Counted from the first letter of the stretch, positions 46,264-56,919 are shown. The stretch is 64,000 bases of DNA from an uncultured archaeon (GCA_964608675.1 CAZSOZ010000002.1:192001-256000), one strand, 5' to 3'. The notes: a model not told the origin generated them from the sequence alone. Made by a program: numbers and translations.

Positions 46264-46514
46264 TCCAGTGCCTTCATCAGCTCTTTTTCATCAACAAAAT
46301 CTTTTTTCTTTAAAGACTTTTCAATTATTTTATCAATCAACTCAATCTCTTTTTCAGAAAAAGATTCATCATAATCACTTTTCTCAAAAATCTTTTCCCT
46401 TAAAGAATCTGCAATCAAATCCTGGACATTCCTGTAGCCATAGCTTTCAGCAAAGGACTCGGCAGACTTATACAGAACAGAAGACATCTTAACATTAACC
46501 TGTTTGGTATCCAT
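46260..46514 (-). CDS. RHH-type antitoxin for the RelE-like toxin
   Basis: QVNVKMS..LY..AESFAESYGYRNVQDLI; acidic C-terminus; ATGA overlap with the toxin. Confidence 0.75.
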   Translation of the reverse strand: MDTKQVNVKMSSVLYKSAESFAESYGYRNVQDLIADSLREKIFEKSDYDESFSEKEIELIDKIIEKSLKKKDFVDEKELMKALE

Positions 46515-46566
46515 AGATATCAATAGATACCTAAGGTTTTTTAACTTTTTTTGTTCGTTGATTCAG

Positions 46567-46745
46567 GATTTCCATATTCTAAAAAACAAATTTGCAAATA
46601 ACTTAAAATTCAAGAGAGGAACTGGAATGATTAATGAAGTTCTGGTAAAATCCTTTTGCCAGAACATCTGTGTATTAATTCAGGAAATCCATGAAATTGG
46701 CTTAGAAGTCAATTATTGTGCAAAAATCATGCCCTGTACAACAAA
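46567..46745 (+). mobile_element. C-terminal remnant of a DDE transposase
   Basis: FHILKNKFANNLKFK...INEVLVKSFCQNICVLIQEIHEIG resembles the F-x-x-(L/I)-K-x-K-F...NE...HNI tail of IS4/IS5-like archaeal transposases; no N-terminal part. Confidence 0.55.
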
Positions 46746-47006
46746 CACTTTTATTGAATTATTTGCCATGCAAAGCCTGCACCTGTTTTTAAAAAAAAAG
46801 TTTTTAAACTTTAAAAAATATTGTTTTTCAATAAAAACCAAAAAAAAGTTAACTTCAAAAAAAAACCCTTAAAAAAAGAACAAAAAATGGAAGAGAAATA
46901 ACTTTTGAAAGAAATACTTTAAGCAGGCTGATGGATTTGGAATCCAAAAATTGAATTCAGAAAAAAAACTTAAAAAATAAAAAGAAAAAAAAGAAGGGAA
47001 TTGAAA

Positions 47007-47279
47007 TCATTTTTTCATTGTGATTTCAATTGAAGAAACTTTTAAGGGCCCACCTTCTTCTGATGGAATCTCTTCTGTTGCAGTTGTAATTGAATCAACT
47101 TTTAGGTCTTTCATAAACTTGTTTCTGACAATTTCTGATACATCAACTGCTCTTGAAATTGCTTTTCCTCTGGCTTTAATTGTTATATCACTTGCTCCTG
47201 AATTAACTTGAGTTACAACAGCTAAAACATAAGCCATGGTCCCTTTTTTTCCGATAAAAATAGTATTTTCTTCTGCCAT
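47007..47279 (-). CDS. albA: Chromatin protein Alba
   Basis: [34 protein letters not shown]. Confidence 0.97.
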   Translation of the reverse strand: MAEENTIFIGKKGTMAYVLAVVTQVNSGASDITIKARGKAISRAVDVSEIVRNKFMKDLKVDSITTATEEIPSEEGGPLKVSSIEITMKK

Positions 47280-47409
47280 AATTACTGCACCTCCAAAATG
47301 TTATTTATAGTTTACTGAATATGGCTGTAATTAATAATGAAAGCTTGTATTTATTAAACTTGCGTTAAAGAAAAAAAACAGAAAAAATAAGAAGAAAACT
47401 TGAGATAAT

Positions 47410-48258
47410 TTATCTCAAGTAGTTTAGTGTTGCATCAAAGATTCCTTTTGAAATTCCGGGATCGTATCCAAAATAAAGGCTTTTTCCAATTACAAGCTTT
47501 TTTTCTACGATTGCCGGATACTGATTTACTTCCTGTTCGAATGGATACATTTCAATCCATGCAATCTGATTTCCTGAAATATTAACCGGAAGAGTTTCAA
47601 GCAAATAATTATAGCCTTCTTCTCTTGGAGCATAATCGATTCCTTTCATTATAGAATGCTTTGGGTCATCCCTGTAAATTCTTCCTGTAACATACACGTT
47701 TTTAATACAGCTGGGAATATCATCTTCTCCTTCTAAATCACAGGTAACAGGAACAATGTCTCCAAAAGTTGCTTCCCATCCAAGAATAGCTGAATCATTT
47801 GTTCTTCGAATTCCTGAATCCATTACTAAAATAAATTTGCCTCCAGAAGAAACATAACTCTGAATTGCTTCTCCTAACTGCCTTGAAATATCTTTTTCTG
47901 CTTCCAGATGCTGATCTAAAACAACAACATCATATTGAGCTAAAGTTGCTTCAGGATTTGTTTTAAGCCTGTCAGCACTTCTAATTTGATACCTTACTAA
48001 ATCCTTTGATTGATTTAAAACAGTTTTAAAGTCATCTGAAGGGCTTCCAATAATCAGCATTTCCATTGGACCTCTGTCTGTAAGGCCAGGAATATGCCAG
48101 AAACCAAATTGATGCCCTAAAAAAGCAATTATAACAAGAATTAAAATTAATGGAATTATTCCTTCCAAAGAATACTTTAATTTTGACTGAACTCCTGAAT
48201 CCCCTGAATCAAAATCCTGTGGAACTGGTTCAGGTGCCATTCCGCCTTCATCGTACAT
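47410..48258 (-). CDS. Membrane-anchored hypothetical protein (glutamine amidotransferase-like fold suspected)
   Basis: Single TM, then YDVVVLDQ...YVSSGGKFILV. Confidence 0.65.
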   Translation of the reverse strand: MYDEGGMAPEPVPQDFDSGDSGVQSKLKYSLEGIIPLILILVIIAFLGHQFGFWHIPGLTDRGPMEMLIIGSPSDDFKTVLNQSKDLVRYQIRSADRLKTNPEATLAQYDVVVLDQHLEAEKDISRQLGEAIQSYVSSGGKFILVMDSGIRRTNDSAILGWEATFGDIVPVTCDLEGEDDIPSCIKNVYVTGRIYRDDPKHSIMKGIDYAPREEGYNYLLETLPVNISGNQIAWIEMYPFEQEVNQYPAIVEKKLVIGKSLYFGYDPGISKGIFDATLNYLR

Positions 48259-48429
48259 TCTCTTTCCTCCTAAACTTTTTATATACATTAATTGTATTTA
48301 GTTCTTTAAATATTTTATGTTAATTAAATGGAAATATTAAAGCTTTTTAATATTTAAAGCTTTCTAATGCATTTTTTTTGCTTCAAAAAAAAAGAAAAAT
48401 TAATAAACAAAAAAAAATAAAGTATTAAC

Positions 48430-49089
48430 ATGAAAAAAAATTTTTTGATTTTAATTTTAATTTTAATTGTTTTCTTTTTTGGCTGTTACGGCCCTGAACC
48501 TGCAGGAGAACTTGAAATGCAATTTGAATCCAGCGGATGCAAGAAAAACTTTAACGCAAATAAAACAATTGAACAAAAATGGCTGGATGAAGCAACACTT
48601 CAAATTAAAGTTTTTGTCAGCCTGAATTGCGCAGACAAAATAATTGAAGGAGACTTAGATATAAAAGGAAACAAAATGGTTTTATCATTACTGGAATCAG
48701 ACAATTACCCTAAACTGAAATGCACATGCCTTCAAGAAGCAAAATACACAATACATAACTTGCAAAAAAGAGATTATGAAATAGAATTATACAGAAAACA
48801 AAAAACAATTACTGAAGGAAACTTTGAATGGAAAAAAGAAAAAGAAGGAATCTGGAAAAGAACAAAAATTGAATGCGAATACGAATTCAATTATTTATGC
48901 GAAGAATTCTGTTATGAAAACAAAGAAGTTGAAGTAATTGAAAACATTAAATGGAATCCATGGAACTGCGAATGGAAGGAATTCTTTGAAAAAACCACGG
49001 CTCCTGACAAAAAAAAAGTTTTATGCTTTGAACACGGTTGCATGCCCGAAAAAAACTGTGAACTGGCCTGTCCTGATTACCAAAACTGA
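48430..49089 (+). CDS. Cys-rich lipoprotein
   Basis: FFGC lipobox-like signal; SGC, LNC, KCTCL motifs. Confidence 0.65.
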   Translation: MKKNFLILILILIVFFFGCYGPEPAGELEMQFESSGCKKNFNANKTIEQKWLDEATLQIKVFVSLNCADKIIEGDLDIKGNKMVLSLLESDNYPKLKCTCLQEAKYTIHNLQKRDYEIELYRKQKTITEGNFEWKKEKEGIWKRTKIECEYEFNYLCEEFCYENKEVEVIENIKWNPWNCEWKEFFEKTTAPDKKKVLCFEHGCMPEKNCELACPDYQN

Positions 49090-49144
49090 ACAAAGTAAAA
49101 TAGAACATGTTCTTAAATAGTAAAACAACAAGTCTCACATCAGT

Positions 49145-49207
49145 TGATTTCAGTGCTATCCCAGATAGCACGCATTACAGCCGGACGCAACCGGCTTATT
49201 CAATCAA
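49145..49207. ncRNA. Candidate structured RNA element (three-way junction)
   Basis: GC-rich island: GTGCTATC/GATAGCAC and AGCCGG/CCGGCT hairpins, possibly closed by TTGATT/AATCAA. Confidence 0.4.
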
Positions 49208-50158
49208 AGCATAATACATGTTTTCTACAAACAAAAAAGTTTTTTTAGGCTGTCCTTCCATTGCAAAAGTTTCAGGAGGAACAGCATAATACACTACGCT
49301 TTCACCTAAACCTGAAGGAGAAGAAACCATTATTACAGGAAAAGTGTCACCGTAATTTGTTCCCTTAGAATCAACAATTCCTTTTTCGTCAATTACTGCA
49401 CTTAATGAATCAACAGATAAAACTTCATTGTTATATTTATCCAAGCGTTTTTTTACAATAGAAAAATTTCCTCTCATTTCAAATTTAGGATTAAGTCCTT
49501 TAATTAAATCATGTGCTTCCCCAGGAGTTTTTCTAAAGTAGCCAATAAAAGGAAGATCATTCTGGCATTTTTTTATTTCACAAAAATTTCCAATAAATTC
49601 AACAGACAAAAGCTTGTCTAATTCAACTGCATAATTTCCGTCGTCTCTTGAAACTTTTCTTGCCCACGGACTAATTGGGGTATCAGGGCTTCCTGGATTT
49701 CTTTCTGATTCCAACAAAAGTTTGTCGTCTTCATACGGTTGAGTTCCTGAATCAGCAATCCAAACTAGTTTTCCTCCTGCTGCAGCATAATCAATAAACA
49801 ACTGCATTTCTTCAGTACTCATTTTTTTTGCTCTGTCAACAATAACTAATTTATAGTTTTTTAATAAACCCGGACTAATGTATTTTAATTGATACAAATC
49901 TGCTCTCTTGCCTAAATGTTGGGGATGCTCAATTGCATTCTTTAACAAAAAGGGATCCCCTAAACCTTCTTCTCCGTAAACAATCAGAATATTTGGTTCT
50001 CCTGCAAAAAAATAATAAACAGAACACCATCCAGGAATAGAAGAACATTTTGTTATACCTGCCCAAGTTAAAATTCCAAGGATTACTGCAACCAAAAAAA
50101 TTAAAGTTAAAACATGAAATGTGTCAGTTAAATATCTTCTTATCTGAGTTTCTTCCAT
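49196..50158 (-). CDS. Membrane-anchored hypothetical protein, paralog-like to 47410..48258
   Basis: Single TM, then YKLVIVDR...YAAAGGKLVWIADSG. Confidence 0.65.
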   Translation of the reverse strand: MEETQIRRYLTDTFHVLTLIFLVAVILGILTWAGITKCSSIPGWCSVYYFFAGEPNILIVYGEEGLGDPFLLKNAIEHPQHLGKRADLYQLKYISPGLLKNYKLVIVDRAKKMSTEEMQLFIDYAAAGGKLVWIADSGTQPYEDDKLLLESERNPGSPDTPISPWARKVSRDDGNYAVELDKLLSVEFIGNFCEIKKCQNDLPFIGYFRKTPGEAHDLIKGLNPKFEMRGNFSIVKKRLDKYNNEVLSVDSLSAVIDEKGIVDSKGTNYGDTFPVIMVSSPSGLGESVVYYAVPPETFAMEGQPKKTFLFVENMYYALIE

Positions 50159-50252
50159 TAAACATTACCTTTTTAATTCCTCTTAAATCCAATTATAATA
50201 GAATTTATTTCTTATTAAACTTTTTGTTAAAAGAATATTAAAGTGATGTTTA

Positions 50253-50426
50253 ATGGTTAAAATGACTAAAGGGCCCGGCGCCCAAGGGCCAAGTTCTTCT
50301 CTGGGAATAATGCGGTTTTTTGATGTAGATACAGGCGGACCAAAACTTTCTCCTGAATTTGTAGTTATTACAGCTTTAATGCTGATTATAGTAATTGTTT
50401 TAGTTAAAAACTTGAATTTAATTTAA
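50253..50426 (+). CDS. secG: Preprotein translocase subunit Sec61-beta (archaeal SecG)
   Basis: Manual translation MVKMTKGPGAQGPSSSLGIMRFFDVDTGGPKLSPEFVVITALMLIIVIVLVKNLNLI; G-x-x-RFF...K-x-x-P plus TM signature; absent from the ORF track. Confidence 0.9.
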   Translation: MVKMTKGPGAQGPSSSLGIMRFFDVDTGGPKLSPEFVVITALMLIIVIVLVKNLNLI

Positions 50427-50483
50427 CTAAAAAAAAAAGAAAAGATTTAAATTAAGTGAATTGTTTTTATTTAATGAGATAAA

Positions 50484-50663
50484 ATGCCTAAACCAAAAAA
50501 ACCATTTAAAAAAAGGCTTCCAAGAGAAACCGCATACTTAAAAAGCACTTCAGCAAAAATCCCTGTTATTGAGTCTGCAAAAAAACTTGCCGGACAAGGA
50601 AATAATTTTGTTGGAATCAAAAAAAATGCTGAAGGAAAAAAAGTTTTTGTTTACCGAAAATGA
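50484..50663 (+). CDS. Small basic hypothetical protein (59 aa)
   Basis: Manual translation MPKPKKPFKKRLPRETAYLKSTSAKIPVIESAKKLAGQGNNFVGIKKNAEGKKVFVYRK. Confidence 0.55.
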   Translation: MPKPKKPFKKRLPRETAYLKSTSAKIPVIESAKKLAGQGNNFVGIKKNAEGKKVFVYRK

Positions 50664-50733
50664 TTTTTTGATTTTCTTGGGGAAAAAAAACAAAACAAAC
50701 TTTTTTAACTTACTTTAACCTAATTTTAGAGAA

Positions 50734-53355
50734 ATGACAGAATATTATTCTTTAAATTTGAATGAAACATTCAATAAATTGAATTCAAATGAAAAAGGAT
50801 TAAATGATGCAGAAGCATTCAACAGAAAAGAAAAATACGGTTTAAACAAATTAAAAAAAGAAAAAAAAACAAGCAAACTTGAAATTTTAGTTAATCAATT
50901 CAAAAGCCTGATTATCTGGATTTTAATTGCCGCAGCATTAATTTCTTTTTTTATAGGAGAAACAGTTGATTCAATAGTAATACTTGTTTTAGTGATAATT
51001 AATGCAGTTATTGGTTTTATTCAGGAATACAACGCGGACAAATCAATTGAAGCACTAAAAAAATTAATGAACTTAAAAGCAGTAATAAAAAGAAACGGAA
51101 AAATAATTGAAATAAATGCAGAACAGCTTGTGCCGGGAGACATAATTTTATTAGAAGAAGGAGCAAAAATTCCTGCAGACATAAGATTAATTGAAGCAGT
51201 TTCACTTGAAGCAATAGAGGCATCTTTAACAGGAGAAAGTCTTCCAGTAAAAAAGCAGACAAACAAACTAAATAAAGGCATTAATCTTGCAGAAAGAACC
51301 AACATGCTTTTTTCAGGAACAATTATTTCAAGAGGGAAAGGAAAAGGAATTGTGACTGCAACAGGAATGAATACAGAAATAGGAAAAATTGCAGGAATGC
51401 TTCAAGAACAAAAAGAACCGCCTACTCTGCTTCAAAAAAGGCTTGCAGTTCTTGGAAAATGGATTGCAATAGCAACCATAATAATTTGCATAATAGTTTT
51501 TTTCAGTCAAATAATTCTTCATTTAGAAGGAATAACAGAAAAAGAAATAACAGAAGCATTTATGACTGCAGTAAGCCTTGCTGTTGCAGCAATTCCTGAA
51601 GGCCTTCCTGCAATAGTAACTATTTCTCTTGCATTAGGAATCCAAAGAATGGTTAAAAAAAAGTCTTTAATCAGAAGGCTTCCTGCAGTTGAAACTTTGG
51701 GAAGCGTGGACGTAATTTGTTCAGATAAAACAGGAACTTTAACTAAAAATGAAATGACTGTAAGAGAAATATATTTTTCAGGAAAAAAAATTAAAATAAC
51801 AGGAGAAGGATACCAAACAAAAGGAAACTTTATTTCAGAAACCAGTGAATCAGTTGACTTAAGTTTGATTTTAAATGCAGGAGTTTTATGTAATAATTCT
51901 ATTTTAGAGGAAACCGAAAGAATAGGAGACCCCACTGAATTAAGTTTGCTTGTTGCAGGAGAAAAAGCTGGAATAAAAAAATTCAAGTTAGAACAATTGT
52001 ATCCAAGAACAAGCGAGATTCCTTTTAGTTCAGAAAGAAAAATGATGACAACAATTCATTCACATAAAGGAAAAAAAATTTCTTTTACAAAAGGAGCGCC
52101 TGATGTAGTATTAGAATTGTGCACAAAAATATTTGAAAACGGAGAAATAAGACAAATAACATTCAAAGACAAACAAAAAATAAAAGAAATAAACGAAAGA
52201 ATGGCAGAAAAAGCAATGAGAGTTTTAGGGTTTGCATTCAAAGAAGAAAATGAAAGCCCGGCAGAACAAAAACTTGTTTTTTTGGGTTTGCAGGCAATGA
52301 ATGATCCCCCCAGAAAAGAAGTCAGGCATTCAATTGAATTATGCAGACAGGCAGGAATAAAAGTAATAATGATTACAGGAGACTATTTAGGAACAGCAAA
52401 AGCAATAGCACAAGAATTAAGTTTGGGAATTAATTCAATGACAGGAAAAGAATTAAATGAAATAACAGAAACAGAACTTGCAGAAAAAATTGAAGGAATA
52501 GATATTTTTGCAAGAGTTAATCCATCACATAAAATGAAAATTATTAAAGCATTGCAGGAAAAAAACCATGTTGTTGCAATGACCGGAGACGGAGTAAACG
52601 ATTCCCCTGCATTAAAAAAAGCAGACATGGGCATATCCATGGGAATAAAAGGAACAGACATCGCAAAAGAATCCAGTGAAATGGTTTTAATGGACGACAA
52701 TTTTGCTTCAATTGTTGATACAGTAAAAGAAGGAAGAGGAATTTACGACAACATAAGAAAGTTTGTGAATTATTTGCTTTCATGCAATTTAGGCGAAGTT
52801 CTCTTGATTTTTTTTGCAATATTAATTTGGTGGAATGAACCAGAAATAATTATTCCTTTAGTACCAATTCAATTATTATGGCTTAATATTGTCACAGATG
52901 GACTCCCTGCATTAGCTTTAGGATTAGATCCAGCAGAAAAAGGAATAATGAAAAGAAAACCAAGAAAAGCAGAAGAACAAATATTAAATAAAAAAATGTT
53001 TTATTCAATTGCATTTATTGGTGTTTTGATTGCAATAGGTTCTCTTGCATTATTTGCATTTCATTTGCCTGACTTAAGGCTGGCGCAAACAGTTGCATTC
53101 ACTTCATTAGTTGTATTTGAAATCTTTAGACTGCAAACAATAAGAACAGAATTTAATATAGGAATTTTTTCAAATAAATGGTTAATAGGGGCAGTAATAA
53201 CATCAATTCTGCTTCAACTTGCAGTAATTTACACTCCTTTAAATGTCTTCTTTAAAACAGTTCCATTAGGAATAAATGAATGGATTTTAATTATTGCAGT
53301 TTCAATACTGCTTTTTTTGACTGCAATGATTTTCAACAAAATAATAAAAGATTAA
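50734..53355 (+). CDS. P-type ATPase, P2A (Ca2+-transporting-like)
   Basis: [57 protein letters not shown]. Confidence 0.95.
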   Translation: MTEYYSLNLNETFNKLNSNEKGLNDAEAFNRKEKYGLNKLKKEKKTSKLEILVNQFKSLIIWILIAAALISFFIGETVDSIVILVLVIINAVIGFIQEYNADKSIEALKKLMNLKAVIKRNGKIIEINAEQLVPGDIILLEEGAKIPADIRLIEAVSLEAIEASLTGESLPVKKQTNKLNKGINLAERTNMLFSGTIISRGKGKGIVTATGMNTEIGKIAGMLQEQKEPPTLLQKRLAVLGKWIAIATIIICIIVFFSQIILHLEGITEKEITEAFMTAVSLAVAAIPEGLPAIVTISLALGIQRMVKKKSLIRRLPAVETLGSVDVICSDKTGTLTKNEMTVREIYFSGKKIKITGEGYQTKGNFISETSESVDLSLILNAGVLCNNSILEETERIGDPTELSLLVAGEKAGIKKFKLEQLYPRTSEIPFSSERKMMTTIHSHKGKKISFTKGAPDVVLELCTKIFENGEIRQITFKDKQKIKEINERMAEKAMRVLGFAFKEENESPAEQKLVFLGLQAMNDPPRKEVRHSIELCRQAGIKVIMITGDYLGTAKAIAQELSLGINSMTGKELNEITETELAEKIEGIDIFARVNPSHKMKIIKALQEKNHVVAMTGDGVNDSPALKKADMGISMGIKGTDIAKESSEMVLMDDNFASIVDTVKEGRGIYDNIRKFVNYLLSCNLGEVLLIFFAILIWWNEPEIIIPLVPIQLLWLNIVTDGLPALALGLDPAEKGIMKRKPRKAEEQILNKKMFYSIAFIGVLIAIGSLALFAFHLPDLRLAQTVAFTSLVVFEIFRLQTIRTEFNIGIFSNKWLIGAVITSILLQLAVIYTPLNVFFKTVPLGINEWILIIAVSILLFLTAMIFNKIIKD

Positions 53356-53359
53356 ATAA

Positions 53360-53869
53360 TTATTTTTGAATGATTTGAGTTTCTTTTGTTCCAAAAATAA
53401 TTTCACAAAATTTTTTGAGTCCGGTTACAATCAAATCACGACAATAATCAATTATATCTGGTTCATCCAATACAAAAACATTAAAAAACCCTGTTCCTGT
53501 GTACCCTGATCCAGTAATGATTTCTGCAGTATAATCTCCTGTATGCCAGAGGGAACCAAAAGCCAAAGAAGCACTTGTATCAAGAGTCCAGAAAGCTTTT
53601 CCCTGCGAATTTGTTAATTTAGAATCATCAAGAGGAATGCCTTGATTTTGGTTTTCGTCAATAATTCTTAATTCAACTATTTCTCCTGAAACAGGATGTT
53701 TTGTTTCATATTCATCTAAAGTATAAACATAAACAGTTATTACAGTTGAATCTCCTTGTTCAACAAAAAGAGGGTCAGCAGAAACTTCAACATGTTGAAC
53801 TACAGCAAAAACAAAACTTATAACTAATAAAAAACAGAAAAAAAATAATACACTAAACTTTTTATTCAA
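53360..53869 (-). CDS. Secreted Ig-like hypothetical protein
   Basis: Signal peptide; TNSQGKA..T beta-sandwich motif. Confidence 0.6.
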   Translation of the reverse strand: MNKKFSVLFFFCFLLVISFVFAVVQHVEVSADPLFVEQGDSTVITVYVYTLDEYETKHPVSGEIVELRIIDENQNQGIPLDDSKLTNSQGKAFWTLDTSASLAFGSLWHTGDYTAEIITGSGYTGTGFFNVFVLDEPDIIDYCRDLIVTGLKKFCEIIFGTKETQIIQK

Positions 53870-53944
53870 TTACTCCAAAAAAAAAAATAATGAAACAAAC
53901 TATTTAAAAAATAGTGGATTGAAAACGAAATCAGCCAAAAAGAC

Positions 53945-53995
53945 AAAAAAAAAATATTTCGGTTGACTTTTGCTTTTAGTGCATTCAACCGAAAT
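53945..53995 (-). terminator. Hairpin plus U-tract downstream of 54002..55594
   Basis: 11-bp inverted repeat ATTTCGGTTGA (53956-66) / TCAACCGAAAT (53985-95), followed on the minus strand by a T10 run. Confidence 0.5.
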
Positions 53996-54001
53996 CAAAT
54001 T

Positions 54002-55594
54002 TTAACAGCTTCCTGCAGGAACTGTGCCGGAATTTCCTGAAAGCTCTGCATCACAGCCTTCCAAGCCGGAATTATAAGAACAAACTATTTTCTGTATTTC
54101 TGCAGGAGTATAAGTAAAAGTCTGGCTTGGCTTCAATACAATTTGTCCGTTAAAAACAAAGTTTGGTGAACCGCTTACTCCATATTCAGATGCAACAGAA
54201 ATGTTTTCTTTAAATAATTCTTTTCCTTGAGTTGAATAACAGGATTCAATTGTTTTTACATCAATTTCGTTCTTAATTGCACAGGCTTTCCAGTTTCCTT
54301 CAACGTTTTTAATGTCTTCATTAACACATTCAAGGTAATCCAGTAATTTATCAGGATAATTTCTTTGAATGCAAACCTGCCTTATTCCTTCGTTTACTTC
54401 AACTTGTCCATGCAAAGAACTAAAACCTGATTCAGTTGTTTCGTCTTCTGAAGCAATAAAATAAAAACTGTAAGTTAAATCAGGCATTACTTCAGCAACC
54501 TGCTTTAAGTTTGTTTCAGCTTTTATTCCATAAGGACACTGGCTCATAACAAACAAATCAATATGATTTGGTTTTTCTGTTCTTTTAAAGAATTTTATTC
54601 CATTAAAATTCAAGGCATACAATTCCTCGTTTTTTGCAGTATAAATTTTAAAGTCTTCAAAATTATAGTGTTTAGTTAAAGTTTCATCAAAGTACATAAA
54701 AGGAAGTGTTTCAACCTGAAATTTTTCTAGAACTGTTTTTCCTTCCTCTGAATCAAAACTTATTTCTTTAACATTTAATTCAGGAAACCAGCTTTTTATT
54801 TGAGGAATAATCCAGGAAACATCACATTCACTGCAAGTTGAATCATTTACAATAAAAAAATTCACTGGAGTTTCTTCTGGAAGAGTTGAACAAACTTCTG
54901 CGTCAGTCAAAGAACACAAATGCCTTGTAATTTGTTCAGCTGTTCTTCCCTCTGAATAAAGTTCATCGTTAATGTAATAAGTAGGAGAAGCATTAACCAT
55001 TAAGTCTTTAGACAAAGCAACATTTTCTTTGAATGATTGTTTTCCTTCCTCTGAATTAACGCATGATTCAACTTCTGAAGGATTAATTCCTACTTTTTCT
55101 GCACAGGATTTCCAGTTTGACGCAACATTAGAAATATCAGAATTAACGCATTCAAGGTAATCAAATAATTGTTTTTGAGAATAATTTTCCTGAATGCAGT
55201 TCTGCCTCATGTCTTCCTGCAGTTCAGCCATTCCATGCAAAGAAACAAAACCGTTTTCTGTTTCAGATGCAAGGAAATATAATTTAAAGTCAACTTTGTC
55301 TCCAAAAGACTCAATTACAGGCATTATTGTATCTTCTGCCTGTGTTCCATAAGGACACTGACTCATAACAAACAAATCAAGAGAAACAGAATCAGCGTTT
55401 GTTTTATTGCCAGCATCTGTTTTATTGTTATTGTTGTTTAATAAAATAATTTTTCCTGTTGGATTCAATTCATTAAATCCATATGTTCCAAATGCAATTC
55501 CTACAATTAAAATTACAGCCAAAGATATAATCAAATTTCTTCCAGCCAAAAAAGTTTTCGGTGCAATTTTTTCTGAATTACTCTCTTTTTCCAA
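54002..55594 (-). CDS. Membrane-anchored tandem thioredoxin/DsbA(GILT)-like protein
   Basis: Two copies of DLFVMSQCPYG...SLHG..E...RQ.CIQ...SP; central CSEC module. Confidence 0.75.
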   Translation of the reverse strand: MEKESNSEKIAPKTFLAGRNLIISLAVILIVGIAFGTYGFNELNPTGKIILLNNNNNKTDAGNKTNADSVSLDLFVMSQCPYGTQAEDTIMPVIESFGDKVDFKLYFLASETENGFVSLHGMAELQEDMRQNCIQENYSQKQLFDYLECVNSDISNVASNWKSCAEKVGINPSEVESCVNSEEGKQSFKENVALSKDLMVNASPTYYINDELYSEGRTAEQITRHLCSLTDAEVCSTLPEETPVNFFIVNDSTCSECDVSWIIPQIKSWFPELNVKEISFDSEEGKTVLEKFQVETLPFMYFDETLTKHYNFEDFKIYTAKNEELYALNFNGIKFFKRTEKPNHIDLFVMSQCPYGIKAETNLKQVAEVMPDLTYSFYFIASEDETTESGFSSLHGQVEVNEGIRQVCIQRNYPDKLLDYLECVNEDIKNVEGNWKACAIKNEIDVKTIESCYSTQGKELFKENISVASEYGVSGSPNFVFNGQIVLKPSQTFTYTPAEIQKIVCSYNSGLEGCDAELSGNSGTVPAGSC

Positions 55595-55699
55595 ATATAT
55601 TCCTCCAATTAAAAAGGCAAAAAAAAACCCTTATTTTCTTAATTAATAAGGGTTAAAAAAGTATTTAAAGCATTTTATTTGGTTAGCTTTAAATGTAAT

Positions 55700-56104
55700 T
55701 CAGCACAACTGAATTGTATCTAATTTATCAAATTCTGTATTGCATTCATGAGAATCAATGCATTTTCTTGTTTGAATGCCTTTAGTGCATGGCCCCCATT
55801 CCTGACATTCCCATTCTTCAATGCAGTCTTGAATTCTAGGGCAGCCGTCATTTGGAACGTCTTTGCATTCAAGCCATACGCCGTTAGAACAATGCTGTAT
55901 TCCCTGACAGTCTTCCAAAGCAACACAAGGCCTTGATTCATTGTCATTGCATTCAGGTTCACCTGCATCAGAAGAAACTGAAATTTTGTTATCAGCTTTT
56001 TCCTTTGAATTCAAATTTATTATAGCGTTTCCAGTGGGTTCCTCTGAACATCCAGAAAAAGCCAGAATTAAAACTAAAAATCCAACAAAAAACAGTTTAT
56101 TCAT
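55700..56104 (-). CDS. Cys-rich lipoprotein
   Basis: FSGC lipobox, PTGN, CxExWxCxxWxxC...QTRKC (TSP1-like). Confidence 0.65.
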   Translation of the reverse strand: MNKLFFVGFLVLILAFSGCSEEPTGNAIINLNSKEKADNKISVSSDAGEPECNDNESRPCVALEDCQGIQHCSNGVWLECKDVPNDGCPRIQDCIEEWECQEWGPCTKGIQTRKCIDSHECNTEFDKLDTIQLC

Positions 56105-56167
56105 TTTTTTTTCCTCCAAAAAATTTTTCATAACAAACTAAACCCAGTTCTCATATAAAAACTTTTC

Positions 56168-56593
56168 TTAAATTTTTGATTTAATTTGAGACAAACTTTC
56201 TTTTATTTGATCCAAGTCTTCCTGCATGTCTTCAATTTCTCTTTCAGCTTTACGGTTAATCCTGTAATCTCTTTCAGCTTTAGTTCTGTCTCTCTGCATC
56301 TGTCTGTTCTGGCTCATTAAAATAATTGGAGCCTGAATTGCAGCCAACAAACTTAAACCAAGGTTAAGCAAAATGAATGGATAAGGATCCCATACTCCAA
56401 CAATCAACCCATACAAATTTAAAGCAATCCAGACAACAACAACCATTCCAAAAATAATTATAAAAGTCCAGCTTCCTCCAAATTCAGTTATAACATCTGC
56501 TGCTTTTTCTCCAAAATTCCTTTTTTTTGGATAATAATGAGAATTCACATTAAAAGCATCTAGTTTGTTTATTGGCTTTTTTATTTTTTTCAT
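56168..56593 (-). CDS. DUF1003 membrane protein
   Basis: FGGSWTF, DPYPFILLNL, QAPIILMSQNRQ. Confidence 0.93.
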   Translation of the reverse strand: MKKIKKPINKLDAFNVNSHYYPKKRNFGEKAADVITEFGGSWTFIIIFGMVVVVWIALNLYGLIVGVWDPYPFILLNLGLSLLAAIQAPIILMSQNRQMQRDRTKAERDYRINRKAEREIEDMQEDLDQIKESLSQIKSKI

Positions 56594-56665
56594 TCACAAA
56601 GAAAAGGAAAAACTAGTTAATAAAAATTACTATTGATGTTTTTTTGTTTTAATAGGATTGGCTGA

Positions 56666-56911
56666 TCAAAAAACAGGTTCTTCTTTTATTAGTTTACCTG
56701 TATTTCCATCAAAAATTCTTCTTTTTGTATTTAAAGAATGAGGGCGTATTTCAATATATGTATGGGTTTTTGGGTCATAATGAAAATGCCTGCTTTTGTT
56801 ATTGAAGGCCTTCATCATTTCTTTTTCAGTTAATTGTTTTCCTCTTAAAACATTAAATAAAGTTCTTATTTTTCTAATTGGCTTTTTCTGAAAAAAAGGT
56901 TTTTTTGGCAT
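56666..56911 (-). CDS. Small basic hypothetical protein
   Basis: MPKKPFFQKKPIRKIR..., directly downstream of valS. Confidence 0.55.
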   Translation of the reverse strand: MPKKPFFQKKPIRKIRTLFNVLRGKQLTEKEMMKAFNNKSRHFHYDPKTHTYIEIRPHSLNTKRRIFDGNTGKLIKEEPVF

Positions 56912-56919
56912 AAAAAAAA

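Noticed and set aside
49131-49196. TPP riboswitch or HDV/twister ribozyme match
   Set aside because: Only fragmentary word similarity (CTGAAA, CTGAT); required elements are missing or out of order and it is not in a 5' leader
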